From a virus (Duplodnaviria; Heunggongvirae; Uroviricota; Caudoviricetes): a stretch of DNA of 64,000 nucleotides. Both the position numbers and the translations under genes were made by a program. The stretch lies in IMG/VR virus record IMGVR_UViG_3300031555_002904. One strand, given 5' to 3'. The notes beneath the pieces were generated by a model, which did not search any database, was not told the origin of the DNA, and saw only the letters and a list, made by a program, of their open reading frames with translations. Shown one piece after another: positions 1 to 12,457 of this stretch; positions within the stretch are counted from its first letter, which is position 1; the number at the start of each line of letters is the position of its first letter.

Positions 1-660
1 ATTTACCATGTTAGTAGTGTAGTGGTCACCAACATTGGTCTTGAATACACGAGGAACCATAGTGGTACCTGCGGGCATCATAGCTTCAGGATGCTTAACA
101 GCACGAAGCTTCATAAACAAACGCTTGCGATAATCTTCCTCAATATCGGGATTATTAATATCGCCCATCTCATAGTAATCATATACTTCAGAAGCTACAC
201 TATAGTCAGCAACAGAACCGTCACCCTGAGGATCCTTTACCTCTGCCAACTCAACGAACTTCTCGCCATCCCACTTCTCGCGGCGTCCCTGCAGCAAACG
301 AGTGGGACCATACATCTCCTCAGCGGACTTATTGCCATCCAGAGGGCTGTAAACACGGGCCTGATAGTTGCCCTTAATCATTGCGAACTCGCAATCTAAC
401 TGATGCTCACGATACAGCTTGGTTTCGTTGTAGACCAACATCCATTCGCCTGCACCAGTAAAGTTTACAAGGCCAGCTGCATAGTCATACTTAACAAACT
501 GTCCCTGCTCTAAAATCTCAATAGAGGGATCAGCAGGTAACTGAGCATAAATCTGGGCGGTACGCTGTGCGGACAGATGGTTAGGCTCAACCTGGCCATA
601 GCCAACTTCAACATACTTAGCCTGAGACTTAATATGCTTTTTCAAAATTTCTCTAAGCAT
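1..660 (-). CDS. Putative virion head protein (capsid/decoration), 3'-truncated at window edge
   Basis: ATG at 660 with AAGGAGG RBS; open to the window start (MLREILKKHIKSQAKYVEVGYGQVEPNHLSAQRTAQIYAQLP...); directly downstream of the protease/scaffold gene; absent from the ORF track. Confidence 0.7.
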   Translation of the reverse strand, partial: MLREILKKHIKSQAKYVEVGYGQVEPNHLSAQRTAQIYAQLPADPSIEILEQGQFVKYDYAAGLVNFTGAGEWMLVYNETKLYREHQLDCEFAMIKGNYQARVYSPLDGNKSAEEMYGPTRLLQGRREKWDGEKFVELAEVKDPQGDGSVADYSVASEVYDYYEMGDINNPDIEEDYRKRLFMKLRAVKHPEAMMPAGTTMVPRVFKTNVGDHYTTNMVN

Positions 661-686
661 TTCTATATTTCCTCCTTATTAGTTTT

Positions 687-2234
687 TTACATTTCACTCG
701 CAACAGAACGAAGAACTTTTACCCAAGCAGGTACGGTCTCGTCACCTGGTACGCCACCATTTAAATTGAAAGTGGTTGGGTCTTTCTTTTCGCCCTTATC
801 ATCATCATCAAGGCTGAAACTGACCTTGTTGCGAACACAAATAACTGCTAGCTTAGCTTCAATTTCATCAACAGAATAAGTGTCAATGTTGTCGATAACA
901 TCTTTCTTCTCTTCATCAGAAAGAACAGAGAAGCTATCAATCATCTTCTGCTTTTCAGCACGATCAACCTTATTCTTGAATTCAGTCAAAGCGCTGACCT
1001 GGGCTTCCAGATCGGCAATCTTCTGCTGTGCGGCACTGTAATCAGTTTCCATAGCAGAATATTTTTCGCTTAGCTCTACATATTCTTGAATTTCATCAAG
1101 ATTGTATTTTGCTTTCTTGCCCTTTTTCTTGTCATCATCATCGTCATCATCGCCTTCGTCGTCGCATGTGCACTCGTCCTTAGGCTTGCCGCACTTGGGG
1201 CATTTCTCCTCATCATCGTCATTGTCATCATCGTCGTCGTCGTCCTTCTTGGGAGGATTCTTTTCCTCATCCTTCTTGGCCTTATACTCTGCGACAGCAG
1301 CTGGGTCGAACTGGGGCTCTTCCTCTGGGGCATATTCTTCCAGTAAGGTAGCCTCGGCCGCAAACTCAACTACATTTTCCTCGTTGATGGAGAAGTCTAA
1401 ACGGTAATACTTATCATCGGAAGTCAGAACTGCGAACTTCTGCTCGCCATCCTCACAAACGCTCTCGATGCCGTAAGTACCTTCTACATGGCTATAAAGA
1501 GCGGTCCATAAAGCGTCACCGATTTCAACAGCATATCTAGTAAACACTTTTTTCTCCTCCTTATTCAAATATTCTTTCAATTCGTTCATCATAGAGAATA
1601 ACTGCTCTTTAAAACCATCTTCAAAAGCGAATTGAATAATTGGTGCAGTGATTTGAGATCCCTCGAAACAGGGTTCATTATTTACACCAAGAGTGCAAAG
1701 TTTAGAAATAATTGCTTCATTGATAATAAAAAACTTGGGATTTCCATTACCATCTTTTGTCCAATGAGCGTCAATTGTATCTTCATCCAGCTCCATGGAG
1801 TGATTATTACCCTGGGATAAAATTCTACGGCACTCGGGATACTGACCGATCCATAACCAACCTTCAGTCATCAAATACTCGCGCTCGTTCATTCCATCAT
1901 CCAGGAACTTCTGGAACCAGACCTTCGCATTCAAATCAACAAAACCATAAGGTCTTGTAGTATCCTTGATTTCAAATTTGCCATTTGAAATATCAATAAT
2001 GCGATTATGCTCTTCAAAATCCTTGGTCTCTTCATTATAGAAACCAACGATGGGGCAACCTGGCAAAGAATTTGCCATTTGCTTAGCAGTTTCCTTAGTG
2101 ATGATACTTCTATTTCTATTGGGTTCATCACCTACATAACATACTTTAATTTGACATTTTGAAATCAAAGGATTTAGAGGAGTGATGTTGATAAACTCGA
2201 TAGGAGTATCTAATTTAATACTTGTATGCATCAT
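687..2234 (-). CDS. Prohead protease/scaffold protein
   Basis: 515 aa; N-terminal phage protease-like region (NRNRS, HSMEL, LCTLG..EPCFEGS) followed by an acidic coiled-coil; downstream of portal. Confidence 0.75.
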   Translation of the reverse strand: MMHTSIKLDTPIEFINITPLNPLISKCQIKVCYVGDEPNRNRSIITKETAKQMANSLPGCPIVGFYNEETKDFEEHNRIIDISNGKFEIKDTTRPYGFVDLNAKVWFQKFLDDGMNEREYLMTEGWLWIGQYPECRRILSQGNNHSMELDEDTIDAHWTKDGNGNPKFFIINEAIISKLCTLGVNNEPCFEGSQITAPIIQFAFEDGFKEQLFSMMNELKEYLNKEEKKVFTRYAVEIGDALWTALYSHVEGTYGIESVCEDGEQKFAVLTSDDKYYRLDFSINEENVVEFAAEATLLEEYAPEEEPQFDPAAVAEYKAKKDEEKNPPKKDDDDDDDNDDDEEKCPKCGKPKDECTCDDEGDDDDDDDKKKGKKAKYNLDEIQEYVELSEKYSAMETDYSAAQQKIADLEAQVSALTEFKNKVDRAEKQKMIDSFSVLSDEEKKDVIDNIDTYSVDEIEAKLAVICVRNKVSFSLDDDDKGEKKDPTTFNLNGGVPGDETVPAWVKVLRSVASEM

Positions 2235-2242
2235 TGTCCTCC

Positions 2243-3892
2243 TTAACTCATAGATTCTTTATTTTGGATAGTCTTAGTACTCTTCTGATCGTCGGGTTTC
2301 TCCGGCCGGCCCGCAGGCTTATCACCAGAAGCAACTTTCTATCCTCCTGTATTACTTTGAGTTTTGTTAGTTTGAGTCTGTTGAGAATTGCCCTTCAAAT
2401 CTTCCATTTTCATTGTAGAAGACATAACGGGAGGAATCATAATCTCACTCAGATGTAAAACTTCATTCTCAAAATAAGCAGTATTCAAAATAGAGCTTTG
2501 AGAATGTCCAAGAGCAATCTATGGAAGCATCTTGGAATATCCAATTTGAACTTGCTCCTTATATAACTTTGATAACTCTTTATAGTTATATTGAGTAGTT
2601 TCTAACATATATAATCTGAAATTATATTTCTTTTTATTAGCTCCGCAAGCCTGGGTCAGTCTATCAAAGAACACACCAAATTGTAATAATAGAGTTCGTA
2701 CACTACCCTCATCATTCAAAACAGACTTTTCTAATGATAAGTTACCATCAGTATTGAACATATTACTGGAAACACCAAAAGCATTATATACAGTACGTTC
2801 AACCTTCATCAAGTCGTCTTGGGAAGTAGTAGTATTTTTATCTGACATATCAATGCTATCAATATCCGCAAAAGTAGTCAGTACGTCAACGCCGACCGCA
2901 CGTCTCAACATTTGAACCGCATTATTATGAATATCTCTTGCTTCATCTACGTCAAAAATCAAATCACCATTTTTATCCATTGGCAATTTCTGAACTACAA
3001 TTTTCAATAATTTCTGCATTTGCTTACGACGATCTAGATCTTGAGCAGCATCCAAATCCAAAATAGCAGGAATGGCATTTACAAACAAAGGAATGTCTGC
3101 GCCACCAAAACCACCATTACTAAAACTAAACTTTACAGTTCGCTCAGTTTCCAAAAGATACCATCCAGATTCATCAATCCAACGACGAGCCATAATACCA
3201 CCAGTGCTTGTTGGTTCACCATTGGTACGATAAGGATTTAGCTTACCATTTTTATAAGCGATATATCCTTTCTTAAATTCGTCGGGGAACAAATTCAATA
3301 CTTTGATTCTCTCATTAGTGTCTGGGAACATAACATCAAAAAACTTCATATTGAACTCGACCGCAGGTAAATTACCTACACTAAAACGAGAACGACAGAA
3401 ATTTACTGGCAACTCCTGGATAACAATACCATTTGCAGTTGGAACAATATAACCATAATAAGCGCCATTCTTGATAACGCCAAGAGCCATATCACCACAA
3501 ACTTTCTTGATATACGAATTATCTAAATAATTCAAAACCTTATGGAAATCACCAACAATCTTATCTTCCTTAACTGTTGTATCATAAACCTCTGGTACAA
3601 CATACCAATCATATCTATACATCGTAGCAAAATAATTACATACTCTTTGATAAATACCGCTAGTTTTATAGAAGTAATTAGAAATCTCTCTCAATTTTTC
3701 GACATCATTATCAGCAAGCGCACGATAAATAACTGCCTTATTGATTTGATTTTTACCTTCTCTTTGGATGGAGCCGAGATTTAGGACAGCATCTTCAAGT
3801 TGCTTTGTTCCAATCTTGATCTTACCATAAGTTGTTCCACCCATATCAAAACCTTTGGCACGGATTTCTTCTTGTCTAGTCAATTCTTCCAA
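2243..3892 (-). CDS. Portal protein (549 aa with 2 TAG=Gln)
   Basis: Read-through of TAG at 2519 and 2339 gives KMLPQIALGHSQSSILNTAYFENEVL... ending at TAA next to the downstream RBS; lies between terminase and protease. Confidence 0.75.
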
Positions 3893-3905
3893 AACTCCAC
3901 CTCCT

Positions 3906-4262
3906 TTAATATCCTGCTAAATTCATAATATAATCATAGGAAATTAAATTCTCGTCAGTATATGGAATTTCTATTAATTTGAAATCATGTATAGCACAAA
4001 AACGTCGTTTCATGTTATCATTATACTATTGTTGGAAGAAGCCTTTTTTACCACCGAATTTTGCGCTTGGCTCATAATGCTATTTACCTTGATATTCGAT
4101 AATAAAATCAATTCTTCCATCATCATCAAAAACAACAAAATCAAATCTCAAAGGGCGACCATTTGGACTCCTTAAGTCTTGGAAAGTATACTCCATTTTG
4201 AAAGGGAGTTCTGCTTCCTTCAAGATTTCTTCGATCTTGATTTCGCCTCTCGAAGCTCTCAT
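3906..4262 (-). CDS. PD-(D/E)XK / Vsr-like endonuclease (118 aa, 2 TAG=Gln)
   Basis: LRFDF...IEYQGK*HY: TAG falls on the conserved Q of the EYxGxQH motif. Confidence 0.75.
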
Positions 4263-4274
4263 AATTCACCCTCC

Positions 4275-6014
4275 TTAATTGTAAAACGCATAATCAGCAA
4301 CGTTAAACTTCTTCTTCTTTTTCTTTCTATCTTCTTCTTGTTTGATATAGTATAATCCATATTCAAAAGCGGAAAATTTATCCTTCCTAATACCACGATT
4401 TGCCTGCTTCAAAATGATGTTTATACCTTCATTTTCTTCACGCAAATTCATCATTTCCTCTTTCAATATGGAAGTTAAGGTAAATGGTTTAAGATATTCT
4501 GCCCTTTCCTCAGGCTTCATTTTCTAACCTTTAGCTGTACCTAATAATTTTTCCTTAGCCGCACGTTCATCAATCAAGAATTTTACCTTACCTGCTTGCA
4601 ATTGTACTTGCGCATTGGTGTGACACTCAGTATTGATCGGCGCATTTGCTTTGATAATATACATAGCATCATATTCAGTATTATTAGTTCTATACTTTTT
4701 ATAATAGCCTTCATCATCATTTTCAACACCGAAATCTGCATAGAAATCGCCATTTTCATCTTCTTGAGATTTTACCATATAGTCAACAAGACCTAAACCA
4801 ACACCATTACCATCAATTACAACAGTGCGAGCCTTGTATCTATAATACAACTTCTTTATCATAATAGCTTGTTCTTCCATATGAGTATCAGACATTGTAT
4901 AAATATTTACAAGTGATTTGATTGCGGGTCCTTGCGCCTATGGCGTTACTTTGAAGACACAAATAACTGAATCGCATCCTTTACGGCCTACGTCAACTGA
5001 TAGTATATAGTAAGCACCGGCCGCACTTCGACCAGAATGTTCGTATTCAGGTTGTAATAATTTTCTATTTCTTGTAAAATGTTCTCCGTTAAAGAATGCA
5101 TCTTCAACTGTTCCAGACCACTTACTCTCATACTCTCGATCGAATGAAGCTTCATTGTAAGTACCTTCATTCTTCTGGTCGGTAATAAAGGTTTTACTCT
5201 GTAATCCCATACCAACTGGTGTGCGCCAAGTGCCACCTAAGACCATACAACGGTCAGGCTGAGTAACCATACGCACTAAGAAACCAATTAATCTATCATA
5301 TGGGAATGTTCCCTTATAACCAGCAGTGGTAATATAAATCTGTGATTTATTGAGCGGTTCGCCCTCATTTGTGGTACCATCTTTAGCACGACGAGAAATA
5401 GCCATAACTGGAATAATAACCTCTCGAAGGATTTGGTCATCAATACCAACACATTCCTCCATAACGCCGCCATGACGACGCTGACCACGCGTAGATTCAC
5501 GGGCCGCAAGGTTATCAAGAACAGAGCCATTTTTGAAAACATATCGAACCTTATCTTTACCGGTTAGAGTTTTACCACGACCCCAATCAATCTCACGAGA
5601 GAAGCTTGGAATCAATCTACAGATTTCTTCAACTTTGCTCTATAAGATACTTGCACCCTGTTCCTTACCGCCAGAGGTAACAAACAAGTGTGCATCTGGA
5701 TATAGAATACATCTACACATCAATGCCATAACAGTTAGGAATGATTTAGAATATGCACGAGGGAAAACCGCATATACATACTAATATCTCATAACTGAGC
5801 GCAAGAAAACTCTTTGATAAAAATAAAATTGGAACTCTCCATCTTTGGGTTCAGTGCGAGTTCCACGCACCATAAAATCAACGAATAAGTCAGGATATTC
5901 TCTCCACCAAGCAACATATTTGCGGATCTCTGGCATTACTGCCTCAACACGCTCGGGCGAAAGACCAATCTTTCGCCGTTGCGTGGATAAATTCAATAAG
6001 TCTTGTAGAGCCAT
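4275..6014 (-). CDS. terL: Terminase large subunit (579 aa, 4 TAG=Gln)
   Basis: Four track ORFs join in frame via TAG at 5781, 5640, 4938, 4524; Walker A (FPRAYSKS), RGQR..EE Walker B, YITTAG, nuclease VDVGR and IDGNGVG, KDKFSA. Confidence 0.9.
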
Positions 6015-7210
6015 TATGCTCCGCCTCCATTCAGAAATGAAGCGTCGGCCGCAGCTTCTTCATCTAAGAAATCATCAAAATCAGAGAAATCCTAATCTTT
6101 CAATGTAGCCTCTAAGTCATCTAAGCTGATTTCAACATCATCAATAATATCGGTCTCATCATTAGCCGCGTTATCTTTATCTTCTTTATCAATTTCACGA
6201 AGAGCCTTTTCAACCATGTTTGGTAGATTAGTTTCCTCTTCAATCAGAGTTCTTGTATATCTTTGCATATCCGCGATAGTCAAGTCAACTCTATCTTTTG
6301 GAGAATCAACATAGTATCTTTCAACATATCCTTCTTTTTCACACATTTCAATCAGCTCGCCAATTGAATCAATGAAATCACCAGATTCCGCTTTATTTTG
6401 AGCTGCTGTAAATTTACCAGACTTCATCAAACTGTCATAAACTTTACTCATCTTTTGGAAGCCCTCAATGTCGCCAATGTCGATTAATTGATTCGCCTTT
6501 AAAGATGTCTTACATACTAATTTCAAAGTATCAATGTGTCCGGCACCTTGAATATCATATGAGGCCATCATTTCCTCATATAGCTATTCTAATCTAATCC
6601 ACTCTTCTGGTTTATAGGTTTTACCCCATTTCAAACGAAGATAAGTTTTATCTTCCTCAGTCAAATCATCAACAAAGTCATCTTGACCGCCATTAATTTC
6701 TCCAAAATAATCTTCATTACCTTGAGCTAAGAATGGATTTTCTTCAACATAAACCGGCTCTTGTAACGGAGCCGTAGGTACGGGGATTGTAGATGTGGCG
6801 ATCGCTTGAGCGATTTCCGCAGCTTCATATCCCTAACGCTTCATAGTTTCTTCAATTTTTTTATTTGCAACTTCTTGCAAAAACTCAGTGTCTTTCCAAC
6901 GATAATCACGATATTGTTTTAATTTCATCTTTGATAAATATCTACCAAGAATAGTCATACCAGTTAATTTAGATTTATCTTTCGCATAACTAACTAATAA
7001 TTTATTCCACTCATCTGGTACATATGGGACATCACATTCTTGTAAAATCCATAAATAAGTATCAGGATTGAAATTATCAACATGCATTGTAATACACTTT
7101 TTACATTGTCTTAATTTACCATCAGGATATTTTTCTAAGTTATTTGAACTATAAAACTAAGAAGCGTCCATTGTTCTATTACATTTTTCACAGTAATAAC
7201 TTTCAGCCAT
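6014..7210 (-). CDS. Zn-finger protein upstream of TerL, possible terminase small subunit (398 aa, 4 TAG=Gln)
   Basis: CEKC/CKKC; TAG at 7157, 6833, 6584, 6092 all in frame; TAA stop overlaps the TerL ATG. Confidence 0.65.
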
Positions 7211-7253
7211 AATTTTTCCTCCTTTTTATTTAGATAAAAATAGCAGGCAAGAA

Positions 7254-8306
7254 TTATGAACTTTTGGCCTTAGCATTTCGGCAGCACTTACAGATGCTAT
7301 AAAAACCATCCCGGCTTGTCTTATTCTTGCTAAAGTACTTGTTGTGTGCCAGTTTGACCTGGCCGCATCTACTGCATTTTTTATACTTCCCTTTCATTTC
7401 GTTCAGGAAGTACCAATCTAATAAACGATCTTCAGCTTCAGAAGCAATTAGCTTAGGAATTTTATTTCGCCATAAACTGGAAATATATTCTAAACTATGC
7501 TTGATACCAAATTCCATTTGAATTTTCTCTTGAATGTCAATGTTTTGTAATCCATCAATTTTATATTCTACAATACGCTCATATAAAGGATACTCCTTTA
7601 GTGCGGCGTCCGCAACCCTATCAAAATCATCCATCAAATACCATAGATCTTTTTCAAACTCTCCCCAGCTTTCCTATTTGCATAAGGAATAGTTACATAA
7701 GATTGCTTCTACAACTTTTGGATCACATAAAGAAACTCCCTATGGAATTACAAAACCATCATCGTCAAAATCAAAATCATCATCTAAAGGAATAAAATGT
7801 CTTGAACGAGTAACTTGAGTACATACGATAGGTTTGCGATATGCATTTTTTAATACATACTAATCCTTTCGTAATTCAATAATTGCACTCTTAATAATAT
7901 ACGCTTCACGTCCGGAGGCACTTTTCAATTTTGTTTCCCACATTTTGATGGCTTCTCTTAATTGCTTCATCCCAGGGATTTCTTCTACATCTTGTTTAGT
8001 TATCATTACTTTCGGTTGGAAAATAGTATTCTTATTATTAGTTATCATATTATATATGCCGTCTTCGCCATTCTCCAGTTGGGAAACAAGACCTTCATAG
8101 GATGTTTCACGCTTATTGACGGTAGCCATTCGGTTATCAGTCAGTAGTTTGCGCTCCTTTTTCTCTTGTTTCTCCATACAAAGAACTAAGTAATCAGCGA
8201 GAGTTTCCAAATAAGCTTCGGAAGGATTCTCGACCTCTGCGAGAATTTTCTCAACCAATTCCTTTCTCTCTTCTGGAGATTCTAAAGTGTAATCTAATTT
8301 TATCAT
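7254..8306 (-). CDS. HTH + C-terminal Zn-finger protein, possible late transcription regulator (350 aa, 3 TAG=Gln)
   Basis: GGAGG RBS; TAG at 7860, 7740, 7674 in frame; sigma-region-4-like HTH and CSRC/CKCC. Confidence 0.6.
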
Positions 8307-8334
8307 CACTTTACCTCCAGTCTTTGATACTACT

Positions 8335-8473
8335 ATTATACCAGAAAAATTTTCTTTTGTCAAGTCGTAGCGAAAAAATTTTCCCAACTTATATATAAAA
8401 TTTCTAACAATCGGATAAACCAATTCTGCCCTGGTGCACATCACTTGACAACGAAAAAATTTTTTGGTATAAT
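8335..8473. promoter_or_regulatory. Divergent sigmaA promoters
   Basis: Minus strand TTGACA-17-TATAAT (8363-8335); plus strand TTGACA 8445, TATAAT 8468. Confidence 0.8.
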
Positions 8474-8509
8474 AATTATAAGAAAAAAGAAAGGAATAGA
8501 GTATAGACT

Positions 8510-8938
8510 ATGGGCATTGTTATAGCTATCCTCGCGGTGCTACTACTCGGAGCGGCCGCATTTATTTTTTGGTTATTAAAGGTACTAAAAAATACCTTTG
8601 TAGTTACGGAAAATCTAGTAAATATAGTACAAGGTAAACCTCCTCGCGCAATGAAAGAAGCTTATGATGGAAAATATTATCCAGCAACAGTAATCGCACA
8701 AGTTAAATTTGGTCAACCAAGCGAAGGTAAAGTTGTTGATTGGTCGCTATATGAAAAAAAGAAAATAATCGGATTTTTTATGCTTACAACAGATAAGCCG
8801 GAAGATTATTATGGAAAAGAATTTATTGAAAATTTGGAAGAAGAAGAATTAGAAGAGCTTCTCAAACCTGTAATAATCAAAAATGCATTAGTTTATGCAG
8901 TAAGGGAGGATGATTGGTTTTGGAAATCAGTGGAATAA
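8510..8938 (+). CDS. Hypothetical membrane-anchored protein
   Basis: N-terminal TM helix, RBS, upstream promoter. Confidence 0.75.
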   Translation: MGIVIAILAVLLLGAAAFIFWLLKVLKNTFVVTENLVNIVQGKPPRAMKEAYDGKYYPATVIAQVKFGQPSEGKVVDWSLYEKKKIIGFFMLTTDKPEDYYGKEFIENLEEEELEELLKPVIIKNALVYAVREDDWFWKSVE

Positions 8939-9141
8939 TTATTATAATACTGTGGACTGCAATGTCACTCTTGGTAATGATTGACTATGCACCATATTGT
9001 AAAGATTTAAAGCCAAGCGAACAATTAATTGTTGGTATCATTTTTATAATTGGTGGACCCATTTTTACCATTGCCAATGTCCTTGAAGCTATTCTTAATT
9101 ATTTCTTACCAGAAGGATGGGATGAAAATGGACCAGGTTAA
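8914..9141 (+). CDS. Small membrane protein
   Basis: Two hydrophobic segments; overlaps upstream gene. Confidence 0.6.
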   Translation: MVLEISGIIIIILWTAMSLLVMIDYAPYCKDLKPSEQLIVGIIFIIGGPIFTIANVLEAILNYFLPEGWDENGPG

Positions 9142-9333
9142 AAAAGCATATATAGAAATTGGAGAATATTTTCCACATACAATAAAAGAAAAAGAATATC
9201 ATGTATATTGTTATCCTGAAGATATCTCTGAATGGGAACTCGCAGAAGAGATTATGAACCTCGTTGAGTTCTACGATGAACTGGTCTATCCGATCTACTG
9301 GCCGCCGCATATTAGAAAAGAAAAGGTGATTGC

Positions 9334-9642
9334 ATGGATAAATGGATAAGTATTTTATTGACTGTAGAGCATATGTGGGAAGAGTCGCGTGAGCGCATGG
9401 TGGCCGCAGAATATCCAATGACAGAATAGTATCGCATTGATAGAGATTTTTACAAAGCACAGCGTATTTTTGATTTATATGGATATGAATGGTTCCGCCG
9501 ATTCATTGACCGGTGTCCGCACATCCATCATCTCTTAGATGATTATGTTCCTTGTAAAAAAATATCAGATGATTGTCAATGTACAATGTTTTGCCACAAA
9601 TATGATTTTGAAAAGGGGTGTATGTTAAATGCCACAAAGTAA
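9334..9642 (+). CDS. Hypothetical Cys-rich protein (TAG=Gln at 9427)
   Basis: Open only with TAG read-through; fills the operon gap. Confidence 0.6.
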
Positions 9643-9859
9643 ATGGATTGATAATGCATAGTTAATTCCAGAGGGTAAAACTTATAAAATTGATAGTGCA
9701 AGTCGTATTGCATTACCTGCACATATTCGTGCAAAATTTGGTATTGCCCTTGGAGAAGATATGGATTATTATACTACTTTTGTTGATGGTAAGTGGTTTA
9801 TGTGTGTAACTCAACATATTCCAGTGCCAGGAGAAGAAGCTGAGGATGAAAAAAAATGA
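9629..9859 (+). CDS. AbrB/MraZ-type DNA-binding protein (one TAG=Gln)
   Basis: YKIDSASRIALPAHIRAKFGIALGE swapped-hairpin motif; stop overlaps the next ATG. Confidence 0.7.
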
Positions 9860-10431
9860 GAACTATTTATAAGTATAAACTTCCAAGAGATGGTCAAACA
9901 ATTACAATTGCAGAATATATCATTGAGGTTCTGTACATCGGCACGCAAGATGGATGGCCTACATTATGGGCGGTAGTGGATACTGATAAAGTCCAAGAGA
10001 CTGAAGTCGTGGCATGGGGTACTGGTTGGCCGTTACCTGATGATGTTTATTTTGAAACTGACTACTGGGGCACGGCAGAAGATGGCGCAGGATATGTTTG
10101 GCATTACTTTGCGGCGACCCGGTCTTCCGATCGTTGGACTGAGGACGCTACATTTAAGTATGTGAACCCGGCCGATAAAGTTGCAGCATTGGAAACTACT
10201 GCATAGCCATATAGTCCATACACAATTTCAATTAGCTGTGATGGTAATACAGCGATTGATAATTTAGTAAGTGATAAATTGGCTTATGATCCAACCATTT
10301 CCACTGCATGTACTGGAACAATCAGTACAGATACATATCATAATTATAAAGTTGATTTAGATAGAATCATTGGTATGGTCGAGAAGTACGTAGGAAGTAG
10401 TGATACGGTAACTAATGCGAGCATCCGATAA
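9856..10431 (+). CDS. Hypothetical protein (191 aa with TAG=Gln at 10204)
   Basis: Read-through extends the ORF to a TAA just before a terminator. Confidence 0.65.
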
Positions 10432-10439
10432 AAAAAATT

Positions 10440-10474
10440 ACCGATAGGTCGAAATGGCCTATCGGTTTTATTTT
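10440..10474 (+). terminator. Intrinsic terminator
   Basis: ACCGATAGGTC-GAAAT-GGCCTATCGGT followed by a T tract. Confidence 0.75.
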
Positions 10475-10837
10475 GCCCGTAATCCGAAATCTAAAATCGA
10501 TTCTGGGATTGTTATGCCCAGACAAAAACAATTTGACCAAATAAAAAAATTTTTTTCCCGAAATACACCCCCGGTTTATGTTTTCTATCTGAGGAAAAAC
10601 ACAAAGTCTATAGTCTGTGAAATTTCTGAGAAAACGCTGGTGAAGGCCTCCACCCCCACACAATCAGCGAGCCGCTGACAGGCGGCGAGGCCGTAGTTTG
10701 CATAAATAATCTGCTTACGAAAAAATTTTTGTGCAAAATGACGAAGAAAATAAATAAAAAAATTTCCCAAAACCTCTTGACAACTCGCTGTCTTTGTGCT
10801 ATAATACAGATACAAAGAAGAGAGAGAGGTACACAAA

Positions 10838-11026
10838 ATGTACGAATGGCAGGCAGAGATTGAAAGAGAACACAAGGCACAGAAGAAGAGATGGAATGGT
10901 AAGGTCATCACTACTGGTAGACAGTGGGCAGAGAACGCAGATGGTGCAAGAGAACCTGCCAATTACAGCTATGATAAAATCTGGGATGCAGTGAGAGATT
11001 ACCAAGACAGCAGACAGTGGAATTAA
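10838..11026 (+). CDS. Hypothetical early protein
   Basis: Promoter and GAGG RBS. Confidence 0.7.
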   Translation: MYEWQAEIEREHKAQKKRWNGKVITTGRQWAENADGAREPANYSYDKIWDAVRDYQDSRQWN

Positions 11027-11050
11027 TCCCCACAGAAAGGACACAAGACA

Positions 11051-11233
11051 ATGAAGACTTACGCAAGATACAAGTACACCACAGACTACACAGCCAAGCG
11101 CATTGGCGCAGGCTGGCACATCGTAGAGAGAGAGTATGTGCAATACTATCCTTCTGGCAGACACAATACATTGGTGATCAATGGTTGTGCAGTAAAGGCT
11201 TGCCACTGTGAGATAGTACAAGTCATTGAATAA
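11051..11233 (+). CDS. Hypothetical early protein
   Basis: AAAGG RBS. Confidence 0.65.
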   Translation: MKTYARYKYTTDYTAKRIGAGWHIVEREYVQYYPSGRHNTLVINGCAVKACHCEIVQVIE

Positions 11234-11510
11234 ATAATAAAAAAAAGCTTGACAAATAATCACTCTTGTGCTATAATAAAGGTACAAAGAGAGAGGAGAG
11301 AAACACAATGAATGCTTACTGGATGAATGAACTTGTTTACGAAGGAACTACTTGTCCCGCTTGGCTTGGCTGGACTTTGATTGGTCTGGTAGCGCTTTTT
11401 ATTATTGCCACAATTACTACAATTATTTTAGTAAATAAATAAAAAAAATGCTTGACAAATAAATCTTTGTGTGTTATAATAAAGACACAAAGAGAGAGAG
11501 GTAAGACACA

Positions 11511-11819
11511 ATGATCAATGTAAGAACAATCAAGAAGCTCGCTAACAATGAAGGCTTGACCATTAAGGCAGGCAAAGTCATCACATACAAGAGCGGCTGG
11601 CAGGTCGCTGACTATGGTGTAGAAGCACACACAGCAGAAGAGTGCATCAAGGCAGTGCGTATGATGAAGGGCAACTGCGGTGTATGGTACAGTGATGGCG
11701 TGTACTACATCGACCACAGCTACCGAGTAAACACCAAGAGAGAGGCAATGTCCATTGGTAGAGCACACAATCAGATAAGCGTCCTTTGCTGGAAGACTAT
11801 GGGCTTAGCGTACTGCTAA
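11511..11819 (+). CDS. Hypothetical early protein
   Basis: Promoter, RBS, terminator. Confidence 0.75.
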   Translation: MINVRTIKKLANNEGLTIKAGKVITYKSGWQVADYGVEAHTAEECIKAVRMMKGNCGVWYSDGVYYIDHSYRVNTKREAMSIGRAHNQISVLCWKTMGLAYC

Positions 11820-11979
11820 GCCTTTTTGCTACGCGCGCCCACGGATCTGGCGCGCGTTATTTGCGCTAAATAAAACCTACAGAAAAATAAAATTCTGCAA
11901 AATAATTTATAAAAAGGTATTGACAAATCCCGAAACCTGTGCTATAATACAGATACAAACAAGAAAGGAATTGATTACC

Positions 11980-12180
11980 ATGAAAGAACAGATTAGAGAA
12001 CTCCTCGCCCACCATCCCAACGGACTTCGCCTGCGTGAGATTGCGATGTACCTGCAGGTCAATCGCTTCTCCCTCATCAACCTGCTTGATGAGTTGAAAA
12101 AGGCGGGTGTCATCACTGGTATCGGAGTGAATAACTTCGTACAGGGTGAGAGTTACATCCTCTGGAAACTGGCAAAATAA
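11980..12180 (+). CDS. Small winged-helix protein
   Basis: GLRLREIAMYLQV...LLDELKKAGVI. Confidence 0.7.
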   Translation: MKEQIRELLAHHPNGLRLREIAMYLQVNRFSLINLLDELKKAGVITGIGVNNFVQGESYILWKLAK

Positions 12181-12255
12181 ATTGCCAGTTTCCAAAAAGA
12201 ACTCTTGACAAAATAAAACATCTGTGATACAATTAAGGTACAAAAAGGAAAGGAA

Positions 12256-12444
12256 ATGAATACCATGTACAAGACTTTACAGAACATTTACAAGCAACTG
12301 CGTGAGCAACGCACCGCAATCTACTGCACGGACAATGATGACAATGCCGAGTATGTAGCAAACCACTTCCGCAAAGAGAAGTATAAAGTCGAAGTAAAGA
12401 ACAACTGCTGTGTGACCATCTCCAAAAGATGGTGGATGAAATAA
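12256..12444 (+). CDS. Hypothetical protein
   Basis: Promoter and RBS. Confidence 0.65.
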   Translation: MNTMYKTLQNIYKQLREQRTAIYCTDNDDNAEYVANHFRKEKYKVEVKNNCCVTISKRWWMK

Positions 12445-12457
12445 GGGGGTAAATAAA

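Noticed and set aside
1120-1245. Tandem TCA/TCG repeats
   Set aside because: They encode poly-Asp linkers of the scaffold protein
4275-8306. Pseudogenised packaging genes
   Set aside because: All breaks are in-frame TAG with no frameshifts, and suppressor tRNAs are present
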